From an uncultured Methanosarcinales archaeon (GTDB lineage Archaea; Nanobdellota; Nanobdellia; Woesearchaeales; JAGVZT01), in contig CAYQPU010000008.1 in assembly GCA_964419615.1 (NCBI GenBank), positions 996 to 49,760 on the forward strand: a stretch of DNA of 48,765 nucleotides, written 5' to 3'. Below the pieces are notes generated by a model. The model made no database searches and was not told the origin of the DNA. It saw nothing but the letters and a program-made list of their open reading frames with translations. Position numbers and translations under genes: made by a program. Below, piece by piece: positions 46,260 to 48,765 of this stretch; the stretch's first letter is position 1, and every line of letters begins with the position of its first letter.

Positions 46260-46904
46260 ATGACTAATATTAAGTTTACATTTAAATCATTAGATGAAGT
46301 AATAGAAACTGTAAGTGAACAATTTAAAGGCAAAGTTACTTTACCTAAAGGGAAGGATATTCCTGTTCCAGAAAGTATGGAGATTTATACGGAACATAGA
46401 GATAGTTATTCTTTTAAAATTAAATATTCAGACAATAAAACACTTGTTTTGAATTATGATTTATACTGGGATGCAGAAGGAACTCTTATGCATACAGAAA
46501 TTAATACTGCTACACTTTTTGATGCTGATAATATACCTATTGCTGAAACATCATTAGAAGGAATATGTGGAGGTAGAGAAATAGTACATAGTCGCAGTGA
46601 AAATTATGAAGATATAATTCCTTATTTATTGATTCCATCAAAAATTGAAAATACTTTGCATTCTATTTCATCAAAAAATCCAGAAAAGGATAAAAATTTA
46701 CTTTATTATATCTCTAGGTCTGCAACAAGATTGTTGAGCAACTTAGCTAATTTTAAACAAAAATATAATACCCATTTAAAAGAAGATGTAACTGATCTTA
46801 ATGTTTGTTTACCAATTAAAAAATCTCTTTCTGGTCAAACATATAATGTCAAAATAGATTATTTATCTAGTCAAACAGTTTTTCAAAAATTATTCAAAAG
46901 GTGA
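46260..46904 (+). CDS. Hypothetical protein
   Basis: 214-aa ORF, very AT-rich. Confidence 0.65.
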   Translation: MTNIKFTFKSLDEVIETVSEQFKGKVTLPKGKDIPVPESMEIYTEHRDSYSFKIKYSDNKTLVLNYDLYWDAEGTLMHTEINTATLFDADNIPIAETSLEGICGGREIVHSRSENYEDIIPYLLIPSKIENTLHSISSKNPEKDKNLLYYISRSATRLLSNLANFKQKYNTHLKEDVTDLNVCLPIKKSLSGQTYNVKIDYLSSQTVFQKLFKR

Positions 46905-46965
46905 GATGAGATGACAATATCGGATGTAATTATAGATAAAACCATGGAAAGAATTTGTTCAAGAG

Positions 46966-47274
46966 ATGTATGAAAAACCTCCTGGAGAAGGATATGTATT
47001 ATGGCATGAAAAAATTGAAATGATTCAATTAGAGTCAGAAGAAATTCGATCAGGAAAAGATTTGCTTCAAGGTGCTTCAACAGGAATTAAAGGTGGTTAT
47101 CAAGGACTTGTTCCATTAGTAGAATTTTTTCCAGAGATACAAGAAAATCAACTTGATACTTTAGGTTCTTGTGTTAGGATGAGATATATGGGAAATGATG
47201 ATGCACTTCCTGGATTAGTGCCTTATCTTAAAGAGATAGGAGTTCCTGTTGAGAAAATGCAATCAGACATTTAG
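46966..47274 (+). CDS. Hypothetical protein
   Basis: 102-aa ORF. Confidence 0.55.
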   Translation: MYEKPPGEGYVLWHEKIEMIQLESEEIRSGKDLLQGASTGIKGGYQGLVPLVEFFPEIQENQLDTLGSCVRMRYMGNDDALPGLVPYLKEIGVPVEKMQSDI

Positions 47275-47419
47275 GATTTATTAAGTGAGATTTAATTTAA
47301 GATAATTTATTTTTTCTTGTTTTTCTTTTTTGTTGCCCCTTTCAAAAATTTTAAAAGAATGCCCCTAATAATCAATTTTACAATCAAGTTTTAATCTAAG
47401 CTGGTTCTGAGGAATATTT

Positions 47420-47537
47420 CGTATAACATCAGGATTTAGAGAAGTTTTTGCGAAGCAAAAATTTGGATGGAGCCTGCAAGGCGGAATCTCTAAATCCTTG
47501 TTATACGTTTTTTCTGCAAGAAAAAAAGCCGAAGGCT
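47420..47537. repeat. Palindromic element: 21-bp stem with TAAC/GTTA ends and four GNA-triloop hairpins (attC/REP-like)
   Basis: CGTATAACA-TC-AGGATTTAGAGA ... TCTCTAAATCCT-TGTTATACG (47420-47507); triloop hairpins at 47445-61, 47472-82, 47508-26, 47527-37. Confidence 0.75.
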
Positions 47538-47617
47538 CAGTAATTTTAAGGGGCGTTCCATCGAAAGAGCGAATGCGATACATCAAGAACAATAATTAAG
47601 GGGCTTGGGCGTTACAT

Positions 47618-48709
47618 CTAAAGGGCTTTATTTTTATGTAAGAAAAGTAAGGAAATTATTCCAAGAACTACAAAAATACTTCCAGAAGTTAATAATGCCA
47701 ATTGCAAAGAGTATATATCTGTTATCCATCCTATAAATGGTCCAATTATTGAAAATACTAATCTCCCAAATAAATTTTTTACTGATAAAACAGTTGCTCT
47801 CATATTTGATGAAATGAGTTTATTGACATAGTCCTTTAGAATGGGCCCACTAATTCCTCTAACAAAATAAAATAGAATAATAAAACCTATTGCCCATAAT
47901 GAATTAAATATTCCTAAAAGCATATATCCAACAAATGAAATGAATATAAGGGAAATTAAAGATTTTTTTCTTCCGACAGATAATTCTATTTTATGTGCGT
48001 ATAATGAAAAAATTCCTACGGATAAATTTAGTATTCCCCAAGCAATACCAAAATATGCAAGTGGTAATCCAACAAATTGAAAATATGGTTGAATAAACCA
48101 AACCATTGTCAAAGTTGAAGCTCCAATAAATCCAGAATAAAATATCAGCCATTTAATTTCTCCATTATGGTGGATAGAATATTTTACAATTTTGATTATT
48201 TCTTTTATTGGCCCTTCTTCATTTTCATATTTTTGTCTTTTAGGTTCTATTAATGTGAATGCAAGAGGAATTGTGAAAAACATTAAAATCATTTCAATGT
48301 AAAAGGGAGTTCTTAAACTGATAAGAGCAACGAAGCCACCTAAAAAACTTGCAATAGCTTCTGAGAAGTTTCCGACAGATAACATTCTGCCTTCAATTTT
48401 TTTATAATCTTTTTCTTTTTTGGATTGAATTAGACTATCATAAATAATTGCAGAATCTGTTCCAGATAAAAAACTTGAACCTAAACCTAATATTAGTTCA
48501 GCAATTAAGAAACCCCAAAATCCATATGAAAATGAATAAATACTAAATCCAAAAAATCCTAGAACACATCCAAGAATAATTGTTGTTTTTCTTCCAATTA
48601 CATCTGAAAAATAGCCTGAAGGAATTTCAAATAAAATTATCCCTATTGAAAAAATTGATTGCAGTAAAAGAACTTCTTTCATTGATAGTCCATTCTCTTG
48701 AAAGAACAA
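47618..48709 (-). CDS. MFS transporter, 5' end apparently missing
   Basis: LFEIPSGYFSDVIGRK, SGTDSAIIYDSL, RATVLS; conserved PIIVLFFQENGL is preceded by in-frame TAA 48734-48736 with no ATG. Confidence 0.85.
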   Translation of the reverse strand: MFFQENGLSMKEVLLLQSIFSIGIILFEIPSGYFSDVIGRKTTIILGCVLGFFGFSIYSFSYGFWGFLIAELILGLGSSFLSGTDSAIIYDSLIQSKKEKDYKKIEGRMLSVGNFSEAIASFLGGFVALISLRTPFYIEMILMFFTIPLAFTLIEPKRQKYENEEGPIKEIIKIVKYSIHHNGEIKWLIFYSGFIGASTLTMVWFIQPYFQFVGLPLAYFGIAWGILNLSVGIFSLYAHKIELSVGRKKSLISLIFISFVGYMLLGIFNSLWAIGFIILFYFVRGISGPILKDYVNKLISSNMRATVLSVKNLFGRLVFSIIGPFIGWITDIYSLQLALLTSGSIFVVLGIISLLFLHKNKAL

Positions 48710-48765
48710 AACAATAATTGGCTTTATTAACTTTTAGCAACGAAGTGCCTTGTTTTCATACTTTT

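Noticed and set aside
47365-47592. Track ORF of 75 aa
   Set aside because: Lies entirely across the palindromic element, with no protein-like features
1-48765. CRISPR array
   Set aside because: No regularly spaced direct repeats with unique spacers; the hairpin clusters differ from one another; no cas genes seen

Overview
Archaeal chromosomal window, most likely a DPANN (Woesearchaeota/Nanoarchaeota-like) genome. Support: eL43, Rpo12, Pcc1, prefoldin-beta, UPF0147, BHB-type tRNA introns, BRE/TATA promoters and GGTGA-type SD motifs; the lineage call itself is inference. Layout: (1) 1-8.7 kb: KaiC-like ATPase, FG-GAP/PQQ propeller, MutS-like protein, MFS, pilin-like gene, MscS. (2) 8.7-10.1 kb: rpl37ae-rpoP-pcc1-pfdB-UPF0147 run, preceded by a tRNA-Pro(UGG) that carries three predicted introns (D-loop, 37/38, and a 137-nt structured T-loop intron). 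(3) 10.2-30.6 kb: Tad/type IV-like pilus locus with six class III signal-peptide proteins, including vWA and multi-domain giant pilin-adhesins, a Gln/Pro-rich tail-anchored protein and a KaiC-like ATPase. An opposite-strand methyltransferase/SxtJ-like/carbamoyltransferase/SGNH/DUF5989 cassette sits between the platform genes and the probable major pilin. (4) 30.6-48.8 kb: patchwork of short accessory genes with several broken reading frames and GNA-triloop palindromic elements. Four genes missing from the ORF track were found by manual translation: 1-496, 754-933, rpoP 9449-9586 and DUF5989 15925-16086. No CRISPR array, rRNA, integrase or transposase was seen. All family assignments come from motif recognition, not database searches.
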